From the human T2T-CHM13v2.0 reference genome, Homo sapiens: DNA of 64,000 nt. The stretch lies in assembly GCF_009914755.1 (NCBI RefSeq), contig NC_060928.1. One strand, 5' to 3'. Below the pieces are notes generated by a model. The model had not been told where the DNA came from. It worked only from the letters and a program-made list of their open reading frames with translations, and did no database searches. This document shows, in pieces, positions 30,581 to 44,910 of this stretch (position 1 is the stretch's first letter; every line of letters begins with the position of its first letter). Position numbers and translations under genes: made by a program.

Positions 30581-31097
30581 TGTTTTGGAGTAATTTCAAG
30601 AGTCATAAAAAATTATTACACACCTAGAGAACCATTACTCCCATTAGTTTCTCTGAAAAGCCTAATGCCAGAAACAGAGAAAAAGCCATACTTGTGCCAC
30701 ATCACCGGAGACTGAAGTCACTGAAGAATTTGCTCCTAGTTTATTTCAGGTACTAGGCTTCTAAGTATGTATTTGCATCAACCTTCTCTACAATTGCTCC
30801 ACTTCAGTCATTTGCTCACAGTAGTACAAAAATATTAAGAACAAATTTTCTAAGATTCACAGATATGGATCGCAACTCAATTTGCTGTACTAGTTAAATT
30901 TAGTCTACGATTTCTATCAAGCCCCCAGCTTTTACTAATCAAAAGACAAGTGTGTTGGCTGTCATGACAGTATTGTACAAAAAAAAGACAAATGTCAAGA
31001 GCCAAGTATCATTCTATTATACACTAAAAGAAAGTAGTCTGTTACTTGATTGACATTTTCTTGTCAGTTGATGAATCTTGAACAAATCACAAGCTTG

Positions 31098-31458
<361 letters not shown>

Positions 31459-32789
31459 TTAATAAAATTACTGCATAAAAGTAGTAACATCCAGCAAAGT
31501 GAACTTAGTGATATAAAGGAGGACACATGGTAATGAGCAGAATGTTTAGCTTTATGTGTTTCTAAAACTGAATCCCTACAAATTCATGTTTGGTGCCATT
31601 TAGGAATATTTTGCACACCAAAACAAAAACAACCCAATGATACAGTTATGAACACAAAATTGAACAAGTGAATAGTGTTCCAAGCTCTTTGTGTTCCAAT
31701 TATTTTCATTTAATATTGGGAATTAAATGTTTGAAGGAATTCCCATAAAAGATTACATCTTTCTGACCTATTTTACCTTTTCCAAGTTTTAAAAGCGATC
31801 AGGTTCAAATAAACATTCTAGTGTTTTGCTAAATAAGCCACTGGGATATGTTTTTTCTGTCCCTCTCAGAACAGCAATTATCATCACAAATTAAGAGGGA
31901 AAGGCAGATGTCTCAAAGAGCAATAAATTTTAATTTGTGAGTAGTTTATATTTTCCAGAATTCTCTTATCTTTTCTATTCATTTATAAAATCAATTAGAA
32001 ACAGTATCAATAGCCAAAGAAAATGTTTATTAAAAAAATAAGAGAAAAATCCTACTTGCAGAAAAACTTTCTTTGCTGGTCTCTACCCAATATGAGTTTT
32101 TAAAATGTAGGTGATAAAGTAAGATTTACAGGAACCTTTTGGATAATCTCGTATAATCAACTTTTATAGAATGCTCATGATTGAATTCTTAAAAAATTCC
32201 AGGACTTGGTACTGCCTGAAGCTTGAGTTATAAATATATAACTCAACTGTACTTTTATTGTACATAAGCAAAGGAAAAATAAAATCTTTATCTCCAAAAG
32301 TGAGTGTTAAGGTAAAGGCAAATACCTTTTTGTGAATACCACTTGAAATGATTCTACTAAATCTCTATTCTCTAATTTTAAATAGCAAAGATGGTGGAGA
32401 GAGTTGAATTTTCATTCCTAAAATCTTTGATTACTGGAGAGAGAATTGTTCGTATGCTTAACTATTTTTATTTCCTTCGTAATAGTCTTAGTTAAATAAT
32501 TAAACCTTAAAGCTATACTTACAGAATTATATTAATATAACTATATTAAAGTTAGATTGCTGACCTCAATTATAATATAGACCTAAGAGTATAACCTACT
32601 ATATCACAGTTATTTATGCTGTTAACCATTAGATATATCATGCTCTTGAGGGTCCATTAACTTTTTTCACAACAGTCTTCAATAAAATTAATACTGTTAA
32701 GTGGCACAAGGAGAAGACTTAAATTTTTAAAGCAAATCTATGGGAATTATTTTTCAAGCAGAATAGAAACAAAAGATGTACATAAATAT

Positions 32790-33571
32790 TATAACTGCCC
32801 AATGGGTTTTCTTTACCTGCTGCCTAGACAGAGAAGATTTACCAAGAGAGGGAAATTGCAATAGAGAGTTTAATTCATACAGAGCCAGCTATTTTTATTG
32901 TTATTCAAATCAGTCTTATTTGAGTTGTATTACTACTTAATAATAAAGACCAGAGTTTTATTATTACTCAAATCAGTCTTCCCCAAAACTTGGGGATCAG
33001 GGTTTTTAAGGATAATTTGGTAGGTAGGGTGTCAGAAAGTGGGAAGTGCTGATTGGTCAGGTCAGAGATGAAATCACAGGGAGTTGAAGCTGTCCTCTTG
33101 TACTGAATCAATTCCTGGGTGGTGGCCACAAGACCAGATGAGCCAGTTTGTCAATCTAAGTGATGCCAGATGATCCATCAGTGCAGGGTCTGCAAAATAT
33201 CTCAAACTATGATCTTAGGTTTTACAATAGTGATGTTATCACCAGGAGCAATTTGGGAAGGTTTAGAATCTTGCAGCCTCCAACTGTATGACTCCCAAAC
33301 CATAATTTCTAATATTGTGGCTAGTTCGTTTGTTAGTCCTGCAAAGGCACTCTAGTCCCCAGGCAGGGAAGGGTTTTGTTTGGGAAAGGGCTGTTTTCAT
33401 CTTTGTTTCACAGCTAAACTATAAACTAAGTTCCTCCCGAAGTTAGTTCGGCCTATGCCCAGGGATGAACAAGGACAGCTTGGAAGTTAGAAGCAAGATA
33501 AGAGTTGGTTAGGTCCAATCTTTTTCACTGTAATAATTTTCTCAGCTATAATTTTTGCAAAGGTGGTTTCA
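32790..33571 (-). mobile_element. ERV1 solo LTR8-family element
   Basis: Reverse strand reads TGAAACCACCTTTGCAAAAATTAT...CTTGCTTCTAACTTCCAAGCTGTCCTTGTTCATCCCTGGGC...CCATTGGGCAGTTATA, colinear with recalled LTR8 consensus. Confidence 0.9.
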
Positions 33572-33888
33572 AGAAAATTTTGTCACTATATGCTTTTATC
33601 TAAAGTTAGACAACATTTTAGACAAAAGGATATAGTGACAAATTTTTTTGAGAAAGAAACCTAAATACTACTAAATATTAAGAAAAAACAGTGAAAATCT
33701 AAATTAAAAATGAATGAAATAGATAACAATTTAACAATATGCTAACATCTATGCTCAAGTAAAAAATGGAGTGATAACAAAGTAAATTCAAGATAAACAT
33801 AAACTGTTAATGAATAATTTATGTGATTATTTATATAGCTTCACGTTTGTCATCTTGAAATTTCCCTATGTCTTGCATCCTTTATTCC

Positions 33889-34288
33889 TGTTAAATAAAA
33901 TTTATAGGAAGCCATTGATTTGGACTGAGATCCTGTACTAGGACCCAACGGAATAGACCAAACCAAAATGGAGTCCCTCATACTAATGTTCAGAAATCAG
34001 GAGAGAGATGATAGCCAAATTCTCAAATAGGCCAGTTCTGGCCAACATGGTAAGTCCCCTCTGCTTTAACCCAGTAACCTGAAGTAACCTGATATTAACC
34101 AATTTGCTTTTCATATTATGCTGTTTTCCTGTTCTTGCTCAAGCTATCTTATAAAAACTGACCATTCTACCATGCCCTTCAGAGCAACTTTTCTAAATTT
34201 TTCAGTGAGATGCTACTCAATTCGTGAATTGCTATTAAAAGCCAATTAGATCTTTAAACTAAATTTGTTGAAAATTTGTCTTTTGACA
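33889..34288 (+). mobile_element. LTR47-family solo LTR
   Basis: TGTTAAATAAAATTTATAGGAAGCCATTG...ACCAAACCAAAATGGAGTC...TTTGTCTTTTGACA; TG...CA ends; near-TSD TTCC/ATCC. Confidence 0.82.
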
Positions 34289-35096
34289 ATCCTCAAAGCA
34301 CTACTTTGAAACAGAATGGAAATGAACACAACTGGTAGTTAACTAGCTAAATACGTATGATTCACAAAACACTATCAAGCTAACTCTAAAAATTTAAGGC
34401 CCCCTTGGGGGATGGGGAAGGAAGAAACCTCTAAGATCACTGTTCTCACTTTTAACATCTAGTTCAAACCCTAAGTTTAGTCACATTTTATTATATGGGA
34501 TCCCAAATTAAATAAAAGAATAATGAAGCCAAGTACCTACTCAAAGCGCTGATCTCTATGGGATCTAAAACATCACCTAAAATGTAACCGAATAGAAAGA
34601 TACAGAACTCAGAGAGACTACAGAACTGATAAGAAGCTGGAAAGAATACTTAGCTAAGTAGCTTGAAGTTGAAGATTAAAACCCTTCAGGCTCCTATAAC
34701 CAGAGGTGATTGATTAGAATAATACTAAATTATATTCTAAGGATCACAGAGATTTTAACTGTGAAATTTTGGTTTGGACAACAGAGTTGCAAATGTAAAG
34801 GCAAAGCTACATTACTCATGATAGCAGATGACAAGCCGAGTTGCTATCAACAGTTCTCAGATAATATTAATTGTTCAAATGTCTAGCATTTGAAGGGGTC
34901 ACAAATCATTAGTCTATTTGGGGATGGCCACAGGTCTTGTTGGCCATGATTTACCTGTGCCACCAGTTAAAGGGTTCTGATTAACAACTCAGTAGTAGTA
35001 ACCAAATTTAAGTTGCATTTTTAAAAGTACTCAAAGGTATTTCCCATCTCTAATCAAATACCAATTTTTGGTAAAGAAAATCAACAATCACATTCT

Positions 35097-35120
<24 letters not shown>
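35097..35120. repeat. (CA)12 microsatellite
   Basis: Read directly. Confidence 0.95.
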
Positions 35121-35127
<7 letters not shown>

Positions 35128-36300
35128 ATTTTAAAAAAACGCCTTCTAATAGATTTAGCAATTCAGAATCAACACATCCCACTACTGAGAGCAGTAAACA
35201 TACTGAGAATATTTAAAAGTGGGAATGCATTAAAATCCTCTTAAGAAGACTGGTGATTTGAATCTGATATTGGCCATCTATAAATGCTAAAAAGTATCCT
35301 CAAATTTCAAAAAAAAGCTAATATCAAATTAACCAGAAATGGGTTATTGTCTGACCAGATTATTTCAGCTGCTTATGAAAGGGCATATTTAGATGCAAAA
35401 GCAAAAAATAATAATTTTAACAATAGAAATCATAATCACAGAAAAAAAAATCCCACTATCCTTTCAAGCAGAACCAAGTAATCCCAGCAAATATACTGAC
35501 TTCAAAATAACTGGCATATTCTCAATATGAAATTCTGTGACAGAAAAATGATCACATTTAGCATATTCTGTTTCATCCAATCAGATATGATGCCCAATTG
35601 TATTACCAGTGCATATTTTATTGAATATGCCCATTATTACAACATATTAAGTACAAGTGAATATTTTGTTTCTGGCCTGTTCTCCAGAAACAAATGTTAA
35701 GATGTAATTGGTTTACATATGCAAGGATAAACAGGCTGAAATACACATAAAAAACTTCATTTCCAAACTTCACTTAGGTAAATATAAGAATTACATACGC
35801 TTACTCACTTTAACGCTACTTCTATAAATACCACTACTAAGCAGTCAGGAAGGAATAAACCTAGGCTCTGCACCTAAGGAGCTCATTAGAGATAATCATC
35901 TGCGGTAGGCTGTGACAAAATAACAGAGGTGAATTTTCAATTTAATTACTAGTAATAAGAGAGTGGAAAGGTAACTTGTGATCAAAATTCTACAGATCAA
36001 GTTGAGATATTAAGGTGATATTCAAGAAATAGCAAATAAAGCTTTTCATAAAAACATCAGATTTACTCTTCTAATTCAGCTACCTAAATATAATTCTCAC
36101 TGATTGTTCCCTATTCCTACCCTAAAAGGCAGAGAGGGGATATTATTAAAAACACTTTACCCAGGAACCTGAGGACTGGGAAATTCTACAACCAATTGTG
36201 TCACTAATACAATATGTAACTTTGTCTAAGTCACATCTCCAGACCCTCGTTTCCTAAGCTGGAAAATGAGAGTGTTGCAGTAAATGAATACCAATGTTCA

Positions 36301-36891
36301 TGTGGGGACCCACTTGGGACTCCATGGTTGGTATAAATTTTATTTTAAGCTGAAGACATCTGTGATTCAACAGATACACAAGCCTCTTCAGAGTTTCTCT
36401 TATCTGAATAAAAGTAAAAGCAAAGACTTCTAACAAATGAGGACTGCCGTAAATTATCTCTTTGTGGTGGCTTCTAATCCCAGCAGAGAGCCCAAAAGTA
36501 AATTTATCATAAATCCTCTATCTGGGGGCATTTTCTGGCCCTAAGACGATATAAAGACCACTTGTACTGGTGCAGTCAAACATTGTAACAAATGTTATCT
36601 TCTGTTTGTTCACCAAAAATAACCCACTTGTCTTTCTTAAAGAAACCTATTTGTTCTTCCCACAGGAGCCTTTTCTCCCCACTGCCTTTCCCCTACTAAG
36701 TTAGGAATATAAACTCCAAATTCTAATGATCCCTTTAAGTTACTCATCACTTAGCACGCCCATGTATATGTATGTTGCATGCATAAATTCATTTTTCTCT
36801 TGTTAACCTACCGATTGTCAGTTTAATTCACAGGTTTCCATGTACAAACTTAAGAGAGTATAGAAAAAGTTTTTTGCTTTTCTTCCCTACA
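36301..36891 (+). mobile_element. ERV1 solo LTR (MER34-superfamily-like)
   Basis: TGTGGGGACC start, TTTTATTTTAAGCTGAAGACA, GTCAGTTTAATTCACAGG, ends TTCCCTACA; flanks TTCA/TTAA. Confidence 0.7.
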
Positions 36892-37311
36892 TTAAACCTT
36901 CAAACATTCCTCCAAAGTTCTCAAATCCTAAACCAAAACAACTAAAAGGTGAAAATAGCCCATCAACTTATTTGTCTTCATGATGCCAAATAACTTAAAA
37001 GAGTAAGTTGTTTGGAAATTAAATTGCTTAAATTGACCTCTAATTTGATATCTCATATGGAATGGCACAGTACATTAGAAAGTTTACTAAAGCAGTAAAA
37101 CACTGAAAATCTAATCTAATCAAAAATTATTGCTGGGTCTCAAAAATGCTCCTCTTCCCTCCTCAGATTCAGAAATGGAGAAATAAAACAATGGAGTAGC
37201 TGACTGAGGCCAAAATAATACTTATAAAGACAATATTAAAGTACACGGCTCTTTATTTATATGCAAGCAATGTGCTTTCTTAATACCGAACCCTAGAATT
37301 ATGCAGGATTA

Positions 37312-37443
37312 TTAAGGTGAACATATAGCTTATTATTCCAACTGGGGTACTCAAGGGAGTGAAATATGGTGTTATGAATAATCATATTGGGGACGACATC
37401 AAGTGGAAGTGTCCTGGGCAAAACAAGATGTACGGTCATGCAG
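37312..37443 (+). mobile_element. MER81 (hAT-Blackjack MITE)
   Basis: TAAGGTGAACATATAGCTTATTATTCCAACTGGG...GTCCTGGGCAAAACAAGATGTACGGTCA resembles MER81. Confidence 0.65.
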
Positions 37444-37954
37444 CCAGAACCCAGCTTTCCCTCTGCAGAGTTGAAACCTAGACTCTAGTTCCTCTAGACT
37501 ACAGAGCCCAATTGGTGCTCCTTGCAGTTAAGCCTGTTCCAAAACCCCTTGCCTAATACATTCTTCCCAAATTTATCAATCACGTTAAGCTATTTCACCT
37601 TCACCAAAGCAGAGATGAAGGGGAAGTGAAGTAGGAGAGAGAGAGAGAAGGTCACTAATTGCACTAATTAAGGTCCCTTTACCTTGAAGGAAATATTAAA
37701 AATGGGGAAGAATCTCTTTCTCTAACGACTTTGTAATTTATTATCTCTGAGCTAGACCCCTCATATACAAAATGAAAATAATACTATAACTCTTAAGAAA
37801 GAGTTGTTTTGAGGATTAAAGAGAAAACACATATAAAATTTTTTGAGTTTCAAAAAAATTACAATTGCTTTATTACTTTATTAATCATTAAGATTACAGT
37901 GTCTAAACACAAGCTTACTGAATATTATTTCATGAATTTCTTTACCAAAAATAA

Positions 37955-38260
<306 letters not shown>

Positions 38261-38599
38261 TAAAAATAATTGTAACTACTTTTCCTACAAAGTAAAATAA
38301 ATCAGTGAGGTTTCACGCTATACTCCTTATCTGAATTGGGCTAACTGGCCAGTGTTGAAAATTATAAGCAATTAACAATTTCAAAACTCTGCAAAAAATT
38401 ATATGTGTGTATATGTATACATATATATAAAATGAGCAAAATTATACCAATTGAAATTATACATTTCCAATAACTGTTTGACTATGACATTACTCACCAT
38501 AAAAGACATAGGTAGCATTCAGGCAACATACAAAGAATGGGGTAGAAAAACACTGAAGGATACTAAATTTACAGGATTGTTATCAAGGTTAAAGTATTT

Positions 38600-39780
38600 T
38601 TAAAAACCTTCTGTTTCTGCAATTAATATTTACTTTTTCTTTATGAAGTGAATAAATTTTATTAATTGCCTTTTCAATACCTATCAGGGTAAGACTTTTG
38701 TTATATAACATATTGATGTTATATTACGTATTACGTTAATAAAATTCCTAATGTTAAATTAGATTTGCATTCCTGATATTAACACTACTCAATATGTTAT
38801 TTCATTTGCTCTTATTTTGGATTCTGTGTTTATTCATGTGAACTGTTAATATTTTGGAATAAAGAGACTTTCTTCATAAAATGAAATAGAAATTTTTCTA
38901 CTTTTCGTATGTTTTGGATTACTTTATATAAAACTGTGGGCTTCGACAACAAAATGAAAATACAAATTTGTTTTGTTAATTATTTGTTATTGAAGTCTTT
39001 AAAATTATACTTTTTTTCTTTTTACGATTCTCGGCATATTGTTTTACTAGTTACTGTATCGTTTTCACTCTGAAAATTATGTTTGGAATTGAGATGTATA
39101 CTTTGCTTAATACATAAATGTATACAATATTAACTTATAACAGTTAATATTTTATCTATTATTACATGGTGCTTTCATTTTCAATTAATCTATTAAAATA
39201 TGTAAGAAATATTAATGTATTTAATAAATATTTACCGAGCATTTACTGCCAGCCAGGTACATCTATACTCTAGGCATAAAGCACCAATAAAGTAGAAAAC
39301 AAAAAAAAAGCCTCCCAATCTCTTGGATTTTTAGTCCATGCCTTTGGTTATTTGTTTATTATTTGTTTGAAATAAGCGGCTTTTGGTTCTACTGTAAATA
39401 CTTTTGATTTTTTCCTATTATTTGTCTTTGTATTTTGTTCTTTATAAGTTTTCTTCTTGCTTTCCTTGGTTAATTTCTGTTATCATACAGCCTTAAGGTA
39501 ACGTTAGATAATATCTTTTTTCCTTTTGTTATTAGGTCATTTAGCACATACATTTAACACTATGATAACTTTTCTTTTTATAACAGCTTCCAACAATATA
39601 TATATTCTCCTATAATTTTTTGTTTTAAAATTTCTTCTTTAACCAATACAGTGGTCAAAATTCTTTGCCTTTTCAAACTTTGACATACTAAATCTGTTTT
39701 TTCATTCATTTTACTTTATCTCGCATTTAGCTATAAAGATCGTTTTCTCCATTCAGCGATTTAATTTCCAAAGGATCCAT
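38600..39780 (-). mobile_element. Highly diverged old L1 fragment
   Basis: T-rich block with TTTGCATTCCTGATATTAACACTACT and CTTCATAAAATGAAATAG, resembling reverse L1 ORF2. Confidence 0.5.
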
Positions 39781-41104
39781 TTCTCAGAAAATTTAAAAAT
39801 AGATATGCATTAAAACCCATTTTAATTTAATAGGCTTAAGATGTGCAACTAGAAATGCACTACATCAAATGAAAATAAACTATGTAAGAATTCTGAAAAT
39901 AGATTGTGGGAGGAAGGGTCTCAGATTGAGTAGCATCAAAATCATGTGTATATATAACTATGTATATATCTTAGCAATTAAGCTAAAAAAGATGAATGCC
40001 CACATAATTATGTAAAGATACACAGTTTACTACTAATAGATAACCAGCAACTATTTTTGCAGAGTGGAAACAGGGTGTGAAAAAGAATCTTTTCAATTTC
40101 ATTTTGTAACTCTAGCCTATCGAATTTTATTAATGAAAATAAATTACTCCTAATAATATAAAATATACTTTAAAAAGTGAACGCACTCTGTTCTATGTCA
40201 AATTTACTTTGCCTATAAAGGAACAAGTCCCTCTGGCCTTTCTAAGCCACTAATGTAAGGTAAACCTCTCTTGCCCTAAATAGTTCACAAGTAGCTTCTA
40301 GTTGATGCTAATAGGTTTAATCTGCTTATAACAAATCACTTATAAATGTATTATCAACAAACCTAAGTATATTTAAATGTACTATCAACAAACCTAACAC
40401 TAAATTATATTTTAGTGTTAATAACAAATACCATGGTCTGTAAATTAACTACTGTAATTAACTGGATTTAGAAAAAAAAATTTACTGAGTTTCATTCTTC
40501 TAAGTTCCAATAGTTTCAAGTCCAGTAAAAGGAAAAATAGTCTTTATGTTAAATGGACACTAAATTTGGAGATATATATATACCATCTAAGGAAGTAAAT
40601 CATACCATATACATACATATATATCTGCCTATAAAGTAGAAATCAAAACCAAATTAACATTTGAGGAAAGTGGTGCTTCTGCAAGATGTTTGAATACTAT
40701 GGTCAACAACAGCATTCTAAAGTGAAAGCATAGAGATGAAACAAGTTAAAAACCTGCCCCTGCACCCAGAACTTGTCATGGATCTAGATAAAGATGAAAA
40801 TATTTAAGTTTATTGAGATCCTTCTTTATGCCAAACAATGTGCTCAGCACTTGTCATAGATTTCCTGCTCTAATCCTTGCAGTAATCCTCTGAGGTACAT
40901 ATTATATTACTCCTCCAAAATTAAGTATTGAAAGATGAATGTTCTGAACCCTATTGACTTACTGGAAAATTCAAGTCCCAAAAGCTTTTACTCTCATTAG
41001 TTTTGTTGTACACATTTCCCCTAGACTTAGAAAATGCAACTCTATTCACGACTTTAAAGCACTTTCTGACTGCCTCCACATAAGATTGCTTGTTTTGCTT
41101 GGGC

Positions 41105-41436
41105 TTTTTTTTTTTTTTTTTTTTTTTTTGAGTTGGGGTCTCACTCTGTTACTCAGGCTGGGGTGCAGTGGCACAATCATGGCTCACTGCAAGCCTCAAA
41201 CTCCTGGGCTCAAGTGATCCACCTGCTTCACCCAACTGAGTAGCTGGGGCTACAGGCACACATTACCATGCCTGGCTAATTTTTGTTTGTTTGTTTGTTT
41301 GTTTGTTTGTTTTTGGTCAAGATGGGGTCTCACTATGTTGCCCAGGATGGTCTTGAACTCCCTAGGCCTCAAGCAATCCTGCCACCTCAGCCTCCCAAAG
41401 TGCTGGGATTATAGGTGTGAGCCACCAAGCCTGACC
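41105..41436 (-). mobile_element. Alu SINE (AluJ) with (TTTG)n in the linker
   Basis: CACAATCATGGCTCACTGCAAGCCTCAAACTCCTGGGCTCAAG. Confidence 0.95.
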
Positions 41437-41834
41437 ACGACTGCTTGCTTTTTATGTGATGTTTTATGAGAATACTAGTGATCACATATCAGCTTATTAG
41501 GTAATTGAATTAAACTACGAGAGATCACACTTTCACTAGTACAGAAAATATATTACTAGTCAAAGGGCTGCACATTTTTTTGGAAAACAATTTTTTTTGA
41601 AACCCGATACAGTTCTGAAGTTTTAACCGCTCCTCTTAATATAAGGAAGTATAGCTCACTCACTTTCACATGAGATACCCTCTCTTAACACCAAACGCAT
41701 ATTTTCTTAGAATTGGTGTTTAAATAGACTTTAAAAGAGAGAGGAGACCCTATGTTTGCTAGAGGTAATTGATCAACTAGTCTCCGCTCATGTGTTCTTT
41801 CTTGTGCATTATTCTGGGCTATGAAATAAATGAG

Positions 41835-43360
41835 AGATAATGCCATGTATGTAGATTGAAGGACTCCATATTAATAGGTTCATTCTCACAAAATTAATGT
41901 AGAGATTCAATGCCATTCAAAGAAACATCAGGACAGGTTATTTTTTAAAGAAATTGACAACTCTCTGTAAATTTATATAAAAATGAAAGAAGCTCGGATA
42001 GATAAAACTAGCTTGAAAAAGAATAAAATTCACTTCCTGATTAAGTGACAGTAAACAAGACAATGTGATATTGGCATAAGGATATACAAATTTATCAGTA
42101 CAGTGTCCAGAAACTCACTCACACATACATAGCCAATTAATTTGACAAAGGCACCAAAATAATTCAATAGGGAATAATGATGTTGGAACAACTGGACAAA
42201 CATGAAAAAAAAAGAACTTTGCTCTTTACCTCATATTATACACAAAAGTAAATTCTAAATGAATCAAAGACTGAAATCTAAAGCTAAAGTAAATCTTCTA
42301 GAAGAAAACACAAGAGGAAATTCTTTGTAACTATGAAGCAGGCAAAGATTACTTAAGAAAGAGAAAGCAGTAACTATGAAAGACAAAACAAATTGGACTT
42401 CAATCAATATTAAATATTTCTACTCATCAAAAAACACACTACTAGAGAAACGAATAGGCAAACCACAGTCTGGAAGAAAATATTTGTAATACATATATCT
42501 GACACGAATTTGTATCTGGAATATACAAAGAATTCTTAGAAATCAGCAATAAAAATCCAAATAATGCACATTTTTTAAAGGGCAAAAGTCTTAAATACTT
42601 CAAAAGAAAAGGTATATAAATGGCCACTAAACACATTAAAAGGGACCCAATATCATTTGTCTTTAGGGAAATGCAAATTAAAACCACACTGAGATACCAG
42701 TTCACACCCACTAGAACGGCTAAAACAAAGACTGACAATACCAAATGCTGGTATGATATACAGCAATTGCAATTCCCATACATTGCTGGTAGGAAACTGA
42801 AATGGTACAACCACTTGAGACAACTGTTTGGCAGCTTCTTAAAAAGGCAAACATACATCTTACCTTACAATCCATCAATTCTACTCCTAAGTATTTACCC
42901 AATAGAAATGAAAACATATTCTAGTACATATATGCTCATAGCTGGTTTATTCATAAAATTGCTAAGAACTGGAAACAATCTAAATGTCCCTCAACAGGTG
43001 AAATGGACCTATATTGATATAATAAAATACTACTACTCCTCAGCCATAAGAAAGAACAAACAATAAGTAACAACACAGATGAGACTCCAAAAATTATGAT
43101 TGTTCTATTCCATTCACATGAAGTCCAAGAAAAGGCAAAACTAACATATGGTGATCAAAACCAGATAGTAGTCTGTAGAGTGGGAGGATGTTGGGGGAAA
43201 ACTGACCAGAAGGAGCATGAAGGAACATTCTGTAGTGCTAGAAACATTTTGTATTCAGTTTGGGGAGGTAGCTACATATGTGTATGCAACTGTGAAAATC
43301 CACTGAATACATTTAAGATCTGTGCATTTTATTATAAGTAAGTAGTTTCTCAATAAAAGG
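41835..43360 (+). mobile_element. L1M (L1MC/MD-like) 3' end including an ORF2 remnant
   Basis: ORF 42620-43066 MATKHIKR...FREMQIKTTLRYQFTPTR resembles the L1 ORF2p C-terminus (IREMQIKTTMRYHLTPVR); L1M 3' UTR ending CTCAATAAAA. Confidence 0.9.
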
Positions 43361-43379
43361 TATTTTAGATTTTTTTAAG

Positions 43380-43625
43380 GTTTGAGCTGTGGTATCAGAA
43401 AGAACTAGGTTCAAATTGTGATGCATAATTTTTTATCTTTGTTACCCTGGGAAGTTCCTTACCTTCTCAGTCCCCTAGTTTTCTTATTTTCAACATGGAA
43501 ATAATAACAGCACATATGTCACAGGATTTTAGTGAAGATCAAATGAGATAATGGATAGGAAACACTTACTACAGTGCAAGAGAGTCTGCTTAGAAAACCT
43601 TCACTATTATTAATTCATTATTAAT
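43380..43625 (+). mobile_element. MIR SINE
   Basis: CTAGGTTCAAAT...CTTACCTTCTCAGTCCCCTAGTTTTCTTATTTTCAACATGGAAATAATAACAG...GATCAAATGAGATAAT. Confidence 0.85.
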
Positions 43626-43859
43626 AAAAGTCTTCCAAAGAACAGTCCTAATACAATCACAGCTAAGTACACATGCAATTCTCTACCTAAAACTAATTTC
43701 TTGCCACAGTAGTTTACAACAAAAAAAGGCTCTTATGGCATTGTAGTTACTGTTTTAAAAAAGTGATATTTGTAAAATTGCTTTTAAATGGACAATGGAA
43801 AGACACAGGATTGCATTTGCAGCCACAATAACAGTGGATTATATATTAACAAACAACCT

Positions 43860-44910
43860 CCCGCCTAAGTCATCATCATCGTCTCTTTCCTGCATTATTT
43901 CAATAGTCTCCTAACTAGTTCCACAGTTCTTACATCTTTCCTTAGCCTATTACCCTAGGGAATCCAGAACAATTTTTTAATAAACATAATTTTGATCATG
44001 TTATGCCTCTGCTTAAATTTGGCTGACCATGCTCTCTTAAGATAAAATCCACGTTTCTCACCATGAGCCGGAGGACCTTCCATGACATAGCTTTTGCTTA
44101 CCAATCCAATTTCAGTTATGCTCTTCCACCCTCACTAAGTGAACATGAACTACACTGGGCCTTTCCTTTGTTCTTCCAGCATGGCAAATTCTGTCTAATT
44201 TCCTGACCTTTGCACTTGCCATTTCTTTTGCCTCACGTGCTCTTTTCTTGCTGGCTGCTCCTCTTCTCTTGAGTCTCAATTCAAATGCCTCATTCTCAGA
44301 GAAACTTTTCCTGGTCACCCTATCCAAAGCTGGTCTTTCTGAATCAATTTCTATTACATCACCATGATAGCACTTTATCTTTGCTGCACTGAAAGTCTGT
44401 GTCCCCTCAAAATTCATATGTTAAATCCTAATGCCCAATTTAACGGTGTGTAGAGTTGGGGCCTTTGGAAGGTGATTAGGTCATGAAGGCAGACCTCTCA
44501 TGAGTGGAATTAGTGTCCTTATAAAAGAAGCCCCAGAGAACTCCCTTGCCCTTTCCACCATATGAAAACACAGAGAAAAGGTATCTATCTATGAACAAAA
44601 AAGCAGGCCCTGATCAGACACCAAATCAACTAGGGATTTGATCTTGGACTTTCCAGCCTCTAGAACTGTGAGAAATAAATCGCTGCTGTTTATAAGCCAC
44701 CCAGTCTATGGCATTCTGTTAAAGCAGCTTGAAGAGACTAAGACACACGTATTAACACCCGTGCACATCTTAGGTATATGTTTGTTGTCCGTGTTCCACC
44801 ACTAGATTATAAGCTTTATAAAGACAGAAACTCTTTTGTTCACCTGGTATCCTCAGTTCCTAAAAAACAGTAAGTGTTCAACAAAGTTGTTATATTAATT
44901 AATGAATTCA
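43860..44910 (+). mobile_element. L2 LINE 3' portion split by MLT1A0
   Basis: CAATAGTCTCCTAACTAG, GACCTTTGCACTTGCC, CACTAGATTATAAGCT, GTAAGTGTTCAACAAAG. Confidence 0.8.
44382..44745 (+). mobile_element. MLT1A0 (ERVL-MaLR) solo LTR
   Basis: GTGTCCCCTCAAAATTCATATGTT...CCAGCCTCTAGAACTGTGAGAAATAAA...GACTAAGACA. Confidence 0.92.

Noticed and set aside
42442-43341. Longest ORFs in the track (148 and 138 aa)
   Set aside because: Decayed L1 ORF2/3' UTR and its antisense; no intact RT or endonuclease
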